NCBI GenBank assembly: GCA_964016885.1
Contig: OZ024764.1
Location: forward strand, 4,402,001 to 4,466,000
Length of the DNA: 64,000 bases
Origin: Eledone cirrhosa
Taxonomy: Eukaryota
Reading direction: 5' to 3'
Shown: positions 38,144-51,242 of the stretch, piece by piece
Position numbering within the stretch: position 1 is the first letter of the stretch
Layout: every line of letters begins with the position of its first letter
Translations under genes and position numbers: made by a program
Notes under the pieces: model-generated
Seen by the model: only the letters and a program-made list of their open reading frames with translations
Told to the model about the DNA's origin: nothing
Database searches by the model: none

Positions 38144-39331
38144 TCTATATATATAAAACTGAGGTTGTCTGTCTGTCTATCGATTTTTGGCACACATCTC
38201 CTCTTAGAATCTCTCACGGAATTGCACCGAAATTGCTATACTTGTACATTGAGCCCTAGCGAAGACATCGGAAAAAAAATATTTCAAATTGACCCGCCCT
38301 ATCTGACGAAATCGAATATAATGTATCGATTTTTGAGCGTAAGTGATCAGTTATTTCCCTTTGTTCTGTTTACATTGAGCGTCTGCGTGCAAAAATTAAA
38401 AAAATTACGCTGGCTTTCTCAGCGTTTAAAATGACATTAACACAATACACGAACAGTTGACGAGCCAGCACAATTTTGACCTGCAAAATTCATCAGTTCG
38501 AACACTAAGCTTCCGTTTTGCTTCATTTCCATTTAAAAGCCTTTTAAAACAATATTTTTACTTGAAAACAAGTCTATTTAAAGACTACGTAAAACAAGCA
38601 AATATTTCGTAAAAAAAAGCAAAAATTATATAAGTTTATTTAAAATATATGTATCTGTAAATTTCGTTAGGCGTGCAGACAGACAGTCGTGCAGAGAGGT
38701 GATATAGGCGTGCAGACAGACAGTCGTGCAGAGAGGTGATATAGGCGTGCAGACAGACAGTCGTGCAGAGAGGTGATATAGGCGTGCAGACAGACAGTCG
38801 TGCAGAGAGGTGATATAGGCGTGCAGACAGACAGACAGTCGTGCAGAGAGGTGATATAGGCGTGCAGACAGACATAACTGATAATTTGGTTACGCTAATG
38901 TTTTTCTCTGCGTTGCAGTGTTTACATTTTCGATCTTTGTTAATAAATAACCAGTGCAGTTTCTATCCCCAGCATCCTCTTTTGTTATAACATTCGGGTT
39001 ATCGTTATGTTTTCTTAACTTCATAAGGCATATTGTTGGTTGAGGGAATATTAATCAAAAACACCACATGCAAGTCTGCACAGTAGACACTACAGTTTTT
39101 AAGACATGCAAGTCTGCACAGTAGACACTACAGTTTTTAAGACATGCAAGTCTGCACAGTAGACACTACAGTTTTTAAGACATGCAAGTCTGCACAGTAG
39201 ACACTACAGTTTTTAAGACATGCAAGTCTGCACAGTAGACACTACAGTTTTTAAGCCAAGAAAGAAACTTAACATTGTAACTTTAACACAGCTACTGAGC
39301 GACCCCGAGCAACGCCGGGCTTTACTGCTAG
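38144..39331 (+). mobile_element. Non-autonomous Helitron with internal minisatellites
   Basis: A|TC 5' end, 3' hairpin CCCG-AGCAACGC-CGGG then CTAG|T; internal 37-bp (38670-38875) and 38-bp (39066-39255) tandems. Confidence 0.75.
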
Positions 39332-40252
39332 TATATATATTTATTAAATATATTATATATATATATTATATTTCACTACCTGCACCACCACACAACACCT
39401 CCATTGCCACCTCCACAACCTTCAGCATCTATTTGCACCAACACCTCCACACCACCACACCATACCACCACTACCACCACCACCACCAATATCTCCACCA
39501 CCACTACCTCCTTACCACCACCACCACCACCATCACTATCCCTACCACCACATCCCTACCCCATCACCAATATCTCTACCACCAGCACCACCACCATCCC
39601 CCCCCCCCCACCACCACCATCACCATCTCCATGGCTAACCACCATCAACACCATCACCCCCTACCCCTACCACCCCTACCCCAACTCCACTATCTCTGCC
39701 CTTCACCCACCACCACCACATCACCATCTCCAACCACCATCAACACCATCACCCCTTACCCCTATCACCCCCCTCCACTACCTCCCCCCACTCAACCACC
39801 ACCACCACCACCACATCACCATCTCCAACCACCATCAACACCATCACCCCCTACCCCTACCACCCCCCTCCACTACCTCCCCCCACTCAACCACCACCAC
39901 ATCACCATCTCCAACCACCATCAACACCATCACCCCCCTACCCCTACCCCCCTACCCCCCTCCACTACCTCCCCCCACTCAACCACCACCACCACCACAT
40001 CACCATCTCCAACCACCATCAACCCCCCCCCCCCCCACCTCCACTATCTCTGCCCTTCCCCCCCACATCACCATCTCCAACCACCATCAACACCATCACC
40101 CCCTACCCCTATCACCCCCCTCCACTACCTCCCCCCACCCAACCACCACCACCACCACATCACCATCTCCAACCACCATCAACACCATCACCCCCTCACA
40201 CCCCACCACCACCATCCCCACCCCACCACCACCACCACCACCACCACCTGTG

Positions 40253-40300
40253 TATAAAAGAGGTCAGCCCAGCACAGTCAAGCTCTCTCTCTCTCTCAGT
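40253..40300 (+). promoter_or_regulatory. Candidate core promoter (TATA box + Inr-like TCAGT)
   Basis: TATAAAAG 40253-40260, TCAGT 40296-40300, unique sequence followed by ATG and donor. Confidence 0.45.
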
Positions 40301-40399
40301 CTTCTCCCTGTGTACAACAGAGACACACAGATAGACACGTCAGTCAGACCTATCTCAGTAACAGTTGCACTACCAGCTCTCTGTCACACAGTAGACAAC

Positions 40400-40413
40400 A
40401 TGTCAACCATCAA
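40400..40413 (+). CDS. Candidate first coding exon (MSTI-K/N, phase 2) of an unknown gene
   Basis: ACAACATG start context, ATGTCAACCATCAA|GTAAGT consensus donor, downstream of TATA. Confidence 0.45.
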
Positions 40414-41865
40414 GTAAGTTTCCCAGCTTTAAACTTTTATACTTTCTTCATGTATATATAAAATATACGATATTAATGCCTTTCAGCCTTACGGGGTTCG
40501 GGGTCGTTCATAAAATAAAGTACCAGTAATGTACTGGGGTAATTGCTGGCATTGTGCCAAAAAGTAGAAACAATTAATTTAATAATTGTTTCTACTTTTG
40601 GCACAAGGCCAGCAATTACCCCAGTGTATTACTGGTACTTTATTTTATCGACCCCCGTAATAATTGTTTCTACTTTTGGCACAAGGACAGCAATTATTCC
40701 AGTGTATTACTGGTACTTTATTTTATCGACCCCGCAAGGATGAAAGGCAAAGTTAACCTTAATTTAATAATTGTTTCTACGTTAGGCACAAGGCCAGCAA
40801 TTATTCCAGTGTATTACTGGTACTTTATTTCATCGACCCCGTAAGGATGAAAGGCAAAGTTAACCTCGGCGGGATTTGAACTCAGAATGGCAAGGGTTGT
40901 AACTCTATGCGTCAAAGCATGGCGTCCGACCCTCTCCCGATACTGCCAATTCACCGCCATAACCTTAATTTAATAATGGTTTCTTTATTGGCCACAAGGG
41001 CCAACACAAAGAAAAACATTAGAGACAGCACAGAACAGTACAGGACGATACAAAGTGGGTTTTGGGCGTGTAAGCAGGTTATAACAAAATTGGGCTAGAA
41101 ATCAAAACAATTCAAAGAACAAAAATTCCCCAAAAAGAGGGAAACTTCCATAATGAAAATAGTAACAACAAAGTCAAGTTATTTTACCTGTTAATATCAT
41201 TGTTTTATGATCGTTTCAGAGGGTTGATCATATTGAGATATTGACTGATCTATAGCAGTTATTGAACTGTATACTATCAGACCTCATATATAGGTTAGAT
41301 CAGACCTATATATATATATTTATATTTATTAAAATAAATTAAAGTTTAAGCAAATAATCGCTGCTTTCACTCTTAAGCGATTCTTTAATAAATATTTGCT
41401 CTAGGGTTCTTATATATTTGATATATATTTATCATTGTCGTCCCTCTTTGGATTTTAGTCTTCACATTTATTATTATTACTATTATTATTAACTTTGGTG
41501 ATTTGGCAGTATCGGTAGAGGGTCAGACGCCATGCTAGGGTGGTGGATTGGCAGTATCGGTAGAGGGTCAGACACCATGCTAGGGTGGTGATTTGTCAGT
41601 ATCGGTAGAGGGTCAGACACCATGCTTTGCAACACAGAGTTACGCTCCTTTCTGATCTGAGTTCAAATCCCGCCGAGGTTGACTTTGCCTTTCATCCTTA
41701 CGGGGTCGATAAAATAAAGTACCAGTAATGTACTGGGGACATTGCTGGCCTTGTGCCTAAAGTAGAAACAATTATTATTATATATATCTTACATTCTCAA
41801 GCGTGAAACTAAAAACCATACCATTTGTACTGCTTGTCTGTTTTTTGTTCTCTGTCCATTTATTC

Positions 41866-41900
<35 letters not shown>

Positions 41901-42066
41901 TATATGTAGGAGGTGAGTTTTATTGTAGTACAATAAAGCAATGCAGATATCGGATAAGTAGCACTCTACAGTTTGTAGGACTGGAGTATAAATAATATAT
42001 AATTGATATGTTGATTTAAAACTGCACTATTCACAAGTGTGTTTTAACCTTCATATCATGTCTCCC

Positions 42067-42137
42067 TATTTTATCTGGCGAAAACGCAAATGTTATTGCA
42101 TGATGATATTTGTTTTTGAAATGCGCATAATAAAATA
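42067..42137 (+). ncRNA. Decayed hammerhead motif (core CTGGCGA)
   Basis: Perfect 8-bp stem I TATTTTAT/ATAAAATA, GAAA-TGCGC-ATA; sister of 11616-11686. Confidence 0.45.
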
Positions 42138-42167
42138 CATGGAACTCTTTTAACCATCTTTTGATCT

Positions 42168-42230
<63 letters not shown>

Positions 42231-42751
42231 TTCAAAATATTAATAAATATAGACATTCTTGTGATCAAATATATTTTATTATATATATTTCAGAGGTACT
42301 GTGCTGTTTTCTCAGTACGTCAGCACAGTACCTCTGGAATATATATAATAAAATATATTTAATCACATGAATGTCTATATTTATTAATATTTTGAATTAA
42401 TATTAATAACTCCAGAAAACTTCTTTGTTGAGTGCTTCTAATCTATTGTAAAACTACATTCATTGATTAATCAATGAACCTTGTTTAACTTTTGGTTATA
42501 TATATATATATATATATAAATGTAAGTATGTATGTATGTATACGTACATACATATATGTATACAGACGTACAGTAGTATGTATATATATACATACATGCA
42601 CACATATATATATGCACGTATCAGTTTACCGAACATTTATTATAATGATCGGTTTGTTTGTTTGTTTGTAAACAAACAAACAAACAGCCCGAATTACGCC
42701 GTACAGTGTTTAGGCAACCACGTCACCTTTTTGTTCAACACTGACACAGGA

Positions 42752-42794
42752 ATGATGTACTAGTTTCAAGCTTATTAGCTATCATCAGCATCAT
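42752..42794 (-). ncRNA. Minimal type I hammerhead ribozyme in dispersed repeat (~42610-42890)
   Basis: ATGATG-CTGATGA-T-AGC-TAATAA-GCT-T-GAAAC-TA-GTA-CATCAT; sister of 14288 with compensatory stem I. Confidence 0.85.
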
Positions 42795-43185
42795 ATACCT
42801 TCCTGCCAGATGGTTGAACATCTGAAAGTATATACTTTCCTTATGCATATTAACGGCTGAGCAGCCTAATTTGCATATCGAGTGAGTTCAGTTGGCCGGG
42901 CACACCGAAGACGATAAATGGAATAGAATGAAACAAAATTTCGTTTTTCATTCTATTCCATATATATCTATATATATATATATATTGTTATACTTGGGGA
43001 GGGTCATATTTTTGTAATATTGCCAGAATTAATAACAGAACACACTCACTGTTTGGTTGGTTTTCGCTTCTCGCTGTCTTTTATATCGGTAATCTAACTT
43101 ACTCGGTCCTCAATGTTGCCATTGACTGACCGACGGTCAAAAAATAATACAGATACAATATAGACACAAACACATATATATAGTT

Positions 43186-43229
43186 TATCATAAATCTTTC
43201 GTTGCACATCTGCAACATCGTCAGTGGTG
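43186..43229 (-). ncRNA. Minimal hammerhead ribozyme motif
   Basis: CTGACGA-T-GTTGCA-GATG-TGCAAC-GAAAG-AT-TTA; flanks related to the 4169-4640 family. Confidence 0.6.
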
Positions 43230-43684
43230 TTATATTTTCCTCCTGTTGTGTTGTATGTCTACGCCATTTTTTATTCAGTCTGTCTATATATTTATTTATT
43301 TATTTATTTATTTGCTTGTTTTATTTTGTTTTCTTTGCGCATGCGTTTGCGTGTGTGTATAGTGTTATGTTTGTTGTGTGATGGGTGACTAGTGTGTGTT
43401 TATGTGCTTGTTGTTATTGTGCTTGTGTATGTATTTATTTATTTATTTATTTATCTTATTTTATTTTATTTACTTATTTATACTTCTCTTAGGTCAGTGT
43501 TGTTTGTTTGGGTGTTGTTGTTATTCCATTCATTCTTTCTGTTTAGCCTTGGTCTTCTAATTTCTATTTCACTGGCCACTCTGATTTGCCTATCTGCTGG
43601 GTCATTTCTATGTTTAGATATTATTCTAATTTCTATGTTGTCTATGTTACCAGATGTATGGTGAACTAACTGTTGTGTTACTAC

Positions 43685-43734
<50 letters not shown>

Positions 43735-43736
<2 letters not shown>

Positions 43737-44455
43737 TACTCGAGAGAAGGCTACGTTGGTACGGTCATGTGATGCGCATGAAAGACGACAGCTGTATAAC
43801 AAAGTGCAGGGCAATAAAGATAGACGGTAGCCACAGAGTAGGCAGACCCAGAAAAACCTGGGACGACTTGATAAATTCTGACCACACACTTACACCTCTA
43901 CAAGACAATGTCACTGGACCGAGATCTTTGGCGCTACACAGTAATACAGAAGACCCGCCTTACCTAAGTACAAAGTAAAACCTACTACAGCCAGTAGGCA
44001 TCTCTAACAAAATACACCCCCACCCCATCCATACCACCCCGTTCTATGTAAAGTTATGTTGGTGCCGCGCCATCCAGGCCGAAACAAATGAGATCGTGTC
44101 GGTGTCACGACAAAAAAACACACAGTCCACGCTGTAATGTGGCCGTGTAGGCAACACGGTAAAAACCTCCCAGCCCCACACTGTAAATGTGGTTGGTGTT
44201 AGGAAGGGCATCCAGCTGTAGAAAACCCACCAGATAGTCCACGCTGTAATGTGGCCGTGTAGGCAACACGGTAAAAACCTCCCAGCCCCACACTGTAAAT
44301 GTGGTTGGTGTTAGGAAGGGCATCCAACTGTAGAAAACCCGCCAGACAGTCTTATGCGAGCAAGACAAGCACTCTTGCCTCAAGTGGGAAAACCCCCGTC
44401 CAAACCCATGCAAGCGTGGAACACGGACGCTAAACCTGATGATGATGATGATGAT
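43735..44455 (+). mobile_element. RTE LINE 3' fragment
   Basis: ERRLRWYGHVMRMKDD..GRPRKTW, 3' UTR, (GAT)n tail. Confidence 0.85.
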
Positions 44456-44827
44456 ATAGAAGTGGTAACACAACAGTTAGTTGTTACCAGGCGTTTTGCC
44501 CAATATAGGTCTGTTATTTTTCTTAATTTTTCTTAACTTAATATTTAAAGTTAAGTATAACAAACCATATTGCTGTAGTTAGTATTTTTTCACCCTAGCA
44601 AATTTGGTCCTTATTATTCGAACACATTTATGTTTAGTTAGTGTTCATCTCTCTTGTTTACTCAATTATATATATATATATATATATATATGTCTCTCAC
44701 ACTTTCACTTTCTTTCTTTATATATATATATATTTATATTATATTTTTTAATTTTGATTAATTTTAATTGTATATTAATTTTGATTTATTTTGAAAAATT
44801 GGTTGAATTTTACTTGTTCTGCTTATC

Positions 44828-44897
<70 letters not shown>

Positions 44898-45091
44898 TAT
44901 ATGTATAAGTTTGTTTTGTAAGGTTTTTGATATGAAATCGTGTGTTGAAACAAATATTGTTACACTTGGGGAGGGTCATATTGTTATAATATTGCCAGAA
45001 ATAATAACAAAACACCAACTCAATCCAAACAGTGAGTGTGTTTTGTTATTATTTCTGACAATAATATAACAATATGACCCTCCCCAAGTAT

Positions 45092-45601
<510 letters not shown>

Positions 45602-47856
45602 TATATATATATATAAATATAAATTAGCGAGAATCGTATTTCAGCTCAGGAATTAACGAAAATCAACGTCCGATATGTGTGGCAAGCGCTCGATGATTCA
45701 TGTCTATCAGAGCTACAAAATACGTTAAGGGCCTGATGGTTAAACAGATCATCCGCACAGCCAAAACAAACGACCAAGTAATTCGGGTCAAACAATAAAA
45801 ATATATGTGATTGAAAATTTACCCGGACCCTGGACTGTTGGTAAAATCCAGTATTTGGTTTCTGCGACTCCAGAATCAGGTACTGTCCGCCTCCATAAAG
45901 AATGTTGGGCTTCTGGTGAGATGATTGAACAAGGAAGCCGTGTTATCAAGGGGTTTTTGCTCCAAAATACTATACATAAGTGTGGCTATTACTGATCCCA
46001 CGTGGAGTTCAGCAAGGGAGGCAACACCTATATTAGAAAATCAACGTCCGATATATATATATATATATATATATCATTGGCCTTGTGAGTTCAATTCTCA
46101 GACCGAGTGATGTGTTGTTTCCTTGAGCAAGACACTTTATTTCACTCTGCTCCAGTTTACTCAGCTGTAGAAATGAGATGAAAGGGACTGGGGTCCCTAT
46201 CATTCCACTGTAAAGTGGTCGTGGAGGTGCCACGGCAAAAAAGCACCCATTACTCACTGTAAATGAGGTACAAACACTACACTTGTGACAATTATTGACA
46301 CATAGTGCTGGGCCCATGGTACCATGTGAAGACAAGTGCAGAGAGATCTCCAGATATAAAGCAATGCCTGTGCCGTGAAGCTTTTATAGTGAGCAAAGGC
46401 ACTGCACAAAGCCAGTCCCACTCTCTTAACCAAGATGATATTTACCAAAAAGAAGAACAAGTCAACATCATTGGATACCATCATGGTTGCAGGTGTTATA
46501 TCAGAGTTTTCCTTCTCCTAGAATTCTGCCTTGACAAAGACTAAGGGGTCATCTCTCCCGGTGATTTTGGATGGCCATTGACTCTTAAGAGCTCCTTTGC
46601 CCTTTGACAGGTTTTGTTTTTAGTCCTGCAGGATGTCCAAAGTCACCCTCCTCACCAAGAAACCTTGGTGGGGTTGCCAGTTTAGTCGCCAATGACCCGA
46701 CCATGAGACAGGTTGTACTGGGATACATGTTACCAGTAGCACAAACTGGTGACCTGACACATATATATATATACATACATATATATGTATATATATATAT
46801 ATATACATACATATATATGTATGTAAAAGGTAAACAGAAATAACAACACAATCGGTACAGTATATGGAAGGTATATATTAGGTTAACACTTCTATATATA
46901 TATATATATATATTTCTTTTTACTAGACACTTCTCCACTGTTTTTTGACGGATACTATACTAGTATATATATATATTCACCATCATCTCCACCATCACTG
47001 CTGTTAGAGATAAGATTTGTCCTTCTTTGTGTCTTTAAGTTGAAGGACAAAGATAAACTTTTGAAAAACAACTGTTGACTCCTCACCCCATCTCCCTGCC
47101 TACACCACCACCACCACGACCACCACCGCCACCACCACCACCGCCACGACCACCACCGCCACCACCACAACCACCGCCACCACCACCACAACCACCACCA
47201 AGGGTTTATAGAAGGGGAGGGTGACAATATACTCCACTTCACATGGTTCACCTCTCTTAACATCTGACTTTAAAAACACCACCACCACTACCACCACTAC
47301 ACCTACCACACCACCACCACTACATTTACCAACACCACCACCATCACTACCACCAACACACCACCAACACCACCACCATCACCACTACACCTACCAACAC
47401 CACCACCACTACATTTACCAACACCACCACCATCACTACCACCAACACACCACCAACACCACCACCATCACCACTACACCTACCAACACCACCACCACTA
47501 CATTTACCAACACCACCACCATCACTAACACCACCACCACCATCACTACCACCACCACTAACACCACCAACACACCACCAACACCACCACCATCACTAAC
47601 ACCACCACCAGCATTACATATACCATTCTGACTTGATATGTAGGGTAGGGGGGAAACATTACCCCCACCGCACCTCAACCACCATCTCACATGTTCTATT
47701 TCTCATAACATGACAATACCACCACCACCACCCCTAACTGGTGGCGATGGTGGGTTTCAAGTGGGTGTGAGGTGAGTAGTCCCCATCCTGACAGCCTCAC
47801 CACCCTTGCGGTGCTGTTGCCACTGTCACCATCATAAACATGGTTGGGGCAATATA

Positions 47857-49345
47857 TCATCATCATCGTTTAACGGCCATCTTCCACGCTAGCATGGGTT
47901 AGACGGGAGTTGTCCCACTTGAGGCAAGGTTGGTCGGGTGATCGTGTCTCGCTCGTATAGGACTGTATCTAGCAGGTTTTCTACGGCTGGATGCCCTTCC
48001 TAACACCAACCACATTTACAGTGTGGACTGTGTGTTTTTGTCATGGCACCTACATGACCACTTTAAAGTGTGGACTGGGAACTTTTTACTGTGTTACCTA
48101 CACGGCCACATTACAGCGTGGGCTGTGTGTTTTTTGTCGTGACACCTACATGACCACTTTAAAGTATAGACTGGGAACATTTTACTGTGTTACCTACACG
48201 GCCACATTACAGCGTGGATTGTGTGTTTTTGTAGTGTTACCTACACGACCACATTACAGCGTGGACTGTGTGTTTTTGTAGTGTTACCTACACGGCCACA
48301 TTACAGCGTGGACTGTGTGTTTTTGTAGTGTTACCTACAAGGCCACATTACAGCGTGGACTGTGTGTTTTTGTAGTGTTACCTACACGGCCACATTACAG
48401 CGTGGACTGTGTTTTTTTGTAGTGTTACCTACACGGCCACATTACAGCGTGGACTGTGTGTTTTTGTAGTGTTACCTACACGGCCACATTACAGCGTGGA
48501 CTGTGTGTTTTTGTAGTGTTACCTACACGACCACATTACAGCGTGGACTGTGTGTTTTTGTAGTGTTACCTACACGGCCACATTACAGCGTGGACTGTGT
48601 GTTTTTGTAGTGTTACCTACACGGCCACATTACAGCGTGGACTGTGTTTTTTTGTCATGACACCTACACGACCACATTACAGCGGGGACTGTGTGTTTTT
48701 GTTGTGACACCTACACGGCCACATTACAGCGTGGACTGTGTTTTTTTGTCATGTCACCTACACGGCCACATTACAGCGTGGACTGTGTTTTTTTGTAGTA
48801 TTACCTACACGGCCACATTACAGCATGGACTGTGTGTTTTTTGTCATGACACCTACACAATCTCTATCTCATTTATTTGGACTGGATGTTGTGGTACCAA
48901 CTTTACAGAGAGAGGGAGGTGTTGGTGGGAGTGGGAGGATAGGGTAGGGGTAGTGGATTGGGGTGTATATTTGGTTAAGAGGTGCCTACTGACTGTAGGT
49001 TTCGCTTTGTACATAGGCAAGGCGGGTCTTCTGTATTACTGCGTAGCGCCAAAGACCTCGGTCCAGTGACATTGCCTTAGAGAGGTGTAAGTGTGTAAGG
49101 TCGGAATTTATCAGATCGTCCCAGGTTTTTCTGGGTCTACCTACTCCGTAACCTCCACCAATTTTGATCGACCTGCACTTTTTTATACAGCTGTCGTCCT
49201 TCATGCGCATCACGTGGCCATACCAACGTAGTCTTCTCTCGAGTAAACAGCATCTGATCCCTCTTATTCCAATTTCTCCCTTAGTTCATTTATGCTTTGC
49301 TGTACACGTATATTACTATTACACATCCAACGGAACATGCAAGCT
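47857..49345 (-). mobile_element. RTE LINE 3' fragment whose 3' UTR contains an expanded ~43-45-bp tandem (48020-48860)
   Basis: MRMKDDSCIKKC..GRPRKTWDD on minus strand; tandem related to 23343-24140 unit. Confidence 0.85.
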
Positions 49346-49349
49346 TAGA

Positions 49350-50035
49350 TATGTGTGTGTGTGTGTGTATATATACACACACACACACACACACGTACAT
49401 GTATATACATGTGTGTATATATATATATATACGTACATGTATTCAATGTGTTTATATATATATACGTACATGTATATACATGTGTGTTTATATATATATA
49501 TATATACGTACATGTATATATATGTGTGTATATATATACACACGTACATGTATATACATGTGTGTATATATATATACACGTACATGTATATACATGTGTG
49601 TATATATATATATACGTACATGTATTCAATGTGTTTATATATATATATATACGTACATGTATATACATGTGTGTATATATATATACGTACATGTATATAC
49701 ATGTGTGTATATATATATACACATGTATATACATGTACGTGTGTATATATATATACACATGTATATACATGTGTGTTTATATATATATATATATACGTAC
49801 ATGTATATACATATGTGTATATATATATACACACGTACATGTATATACATGTGTGTATATATATATACACGTACATGTATATACATGTGTGTATATATAT
49901 ATATACGTACATGTATTCAATGTGTTTATATATATATATATACGTACATGTATATACATGTGTGTATATATATATACACATGTATATACATGTACGTGTG
50001 TATATATATATACGTACATGTATATACATGTACGT
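49350..50035. repeat. Compound TA/CA/GTAC microsatellite
   Basis: Alternating purine-pyrimidine units such as acgtacatgtatatacatgtgtgtatata. Confidence 0.95.
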
Positions 50036-51060
50036 GCACCAAGGCATGTATTTAAATAGATTTATGGTGTTTTATAAAGTCATAAACAACTTCCCTGGGA
50101 GGGGGAATGTGGTGTGGTGGCGGAGTAATGGGGGGGTGATGTCCTCTTGTAAAGACATATCTGGGTCATGTACATAGTCACATCATACTGCTACCACTAC
50201 TGCTACTAGTAGTAGTGGTAGTGGTGGTACTGATACCAACACCATCACTACTACCACCACTACTACTACCACCACTACTATCACTACTACTACCACCAGC
50301 ACAATCACCACCACACTACTACCATCACCACCATTACCACCACCACCACCAGCAACCACCACCACTACCACCACCACCACCACCACCATTACCACTAGCA
50401 CCACCACTACTACTACCACCACCACCACCACTACTACCAACACCACCACTACCACCACCACCACCACCACCACTACCACCACTATCACCACCACCACCAC
50501 CACCACCACCACTATCACCACCACCACCACTACCACCACTACCACCACCACCACCACCAACACCACCACCACCACCACTACCACCACCAACACCACCACC
50601 ACCACTACCACCACCACCACTACCACCACTACCACCACCACGACCACGACCACCACCACCACTACTACCAGCACCACCACCACCACTATCACCACTATCA
50701 CCACTACCACCACCACTACCACCACTACCACTACCACCACCAACACCACCACTACCACCACCACCACCACCACCACTACCACCACTATCATCACCACCAC
50801 CACCACCACCACCACCACTACCACCACCAACACCACCACCACCACTACCACCACTACCACCACCACCACTACCACCACTATCACCACCACCACCACTACC
50901 ACCACTCCCACCACCACCACTACCACCACCAACACCACCACTACCACCACCACCACCACCACCACTACCACCACTACCACCACCACCACCACTATATCTC
51001 AGCTCCCTATAAGTCTCACCTGATTACTACCTATAGTCAAAAGTACAGACTGTGTGTTAC

Positions 51061-51242
51061 CTGTAACGATGTGTAGCTGTCTAGTACCCCTCCCCCCAGC
51101 CCTGGTGGAGGGTGTTGGGGTTTTGTAGGGATATACAGCATCTGTTGGGGCACACCCTCAGACAGAGGCACCTCGTCCACCTCCAGGTGTGAACACAGCC
51201 CATCAACTGAGTACTTAGCTGTGCTCTCAGGTATTATTGGTC
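51061..51242 (-). CDS. Candidate exon of unknown gene at edge of satellite
   Basis: cag|GACCAATA...TTACAG|gtaaca; open frame PIIPESTAKYSVDGLCSHLEVDEVPLSEGVPQQMLYIPTKPQHPPPGLGGGVLDSYTSLQ; acceptor lacks a pyrimidine tract. Confidence 0.3.

Noticed and set aside
42228-42400. AT-rich foldback as a miRNA precursor (also 3325-3440, 11985-12350)
   Set aside because: Long near-perfect arms within (TA)n context fit transposon-derived inversions; no miRNA evidence
46290-46755. Unique-looking segment with short ORFs
   Set aside because: No coherent exon; more likely a LINE 5' UTR remnant, but cannot be supported from sequence alone
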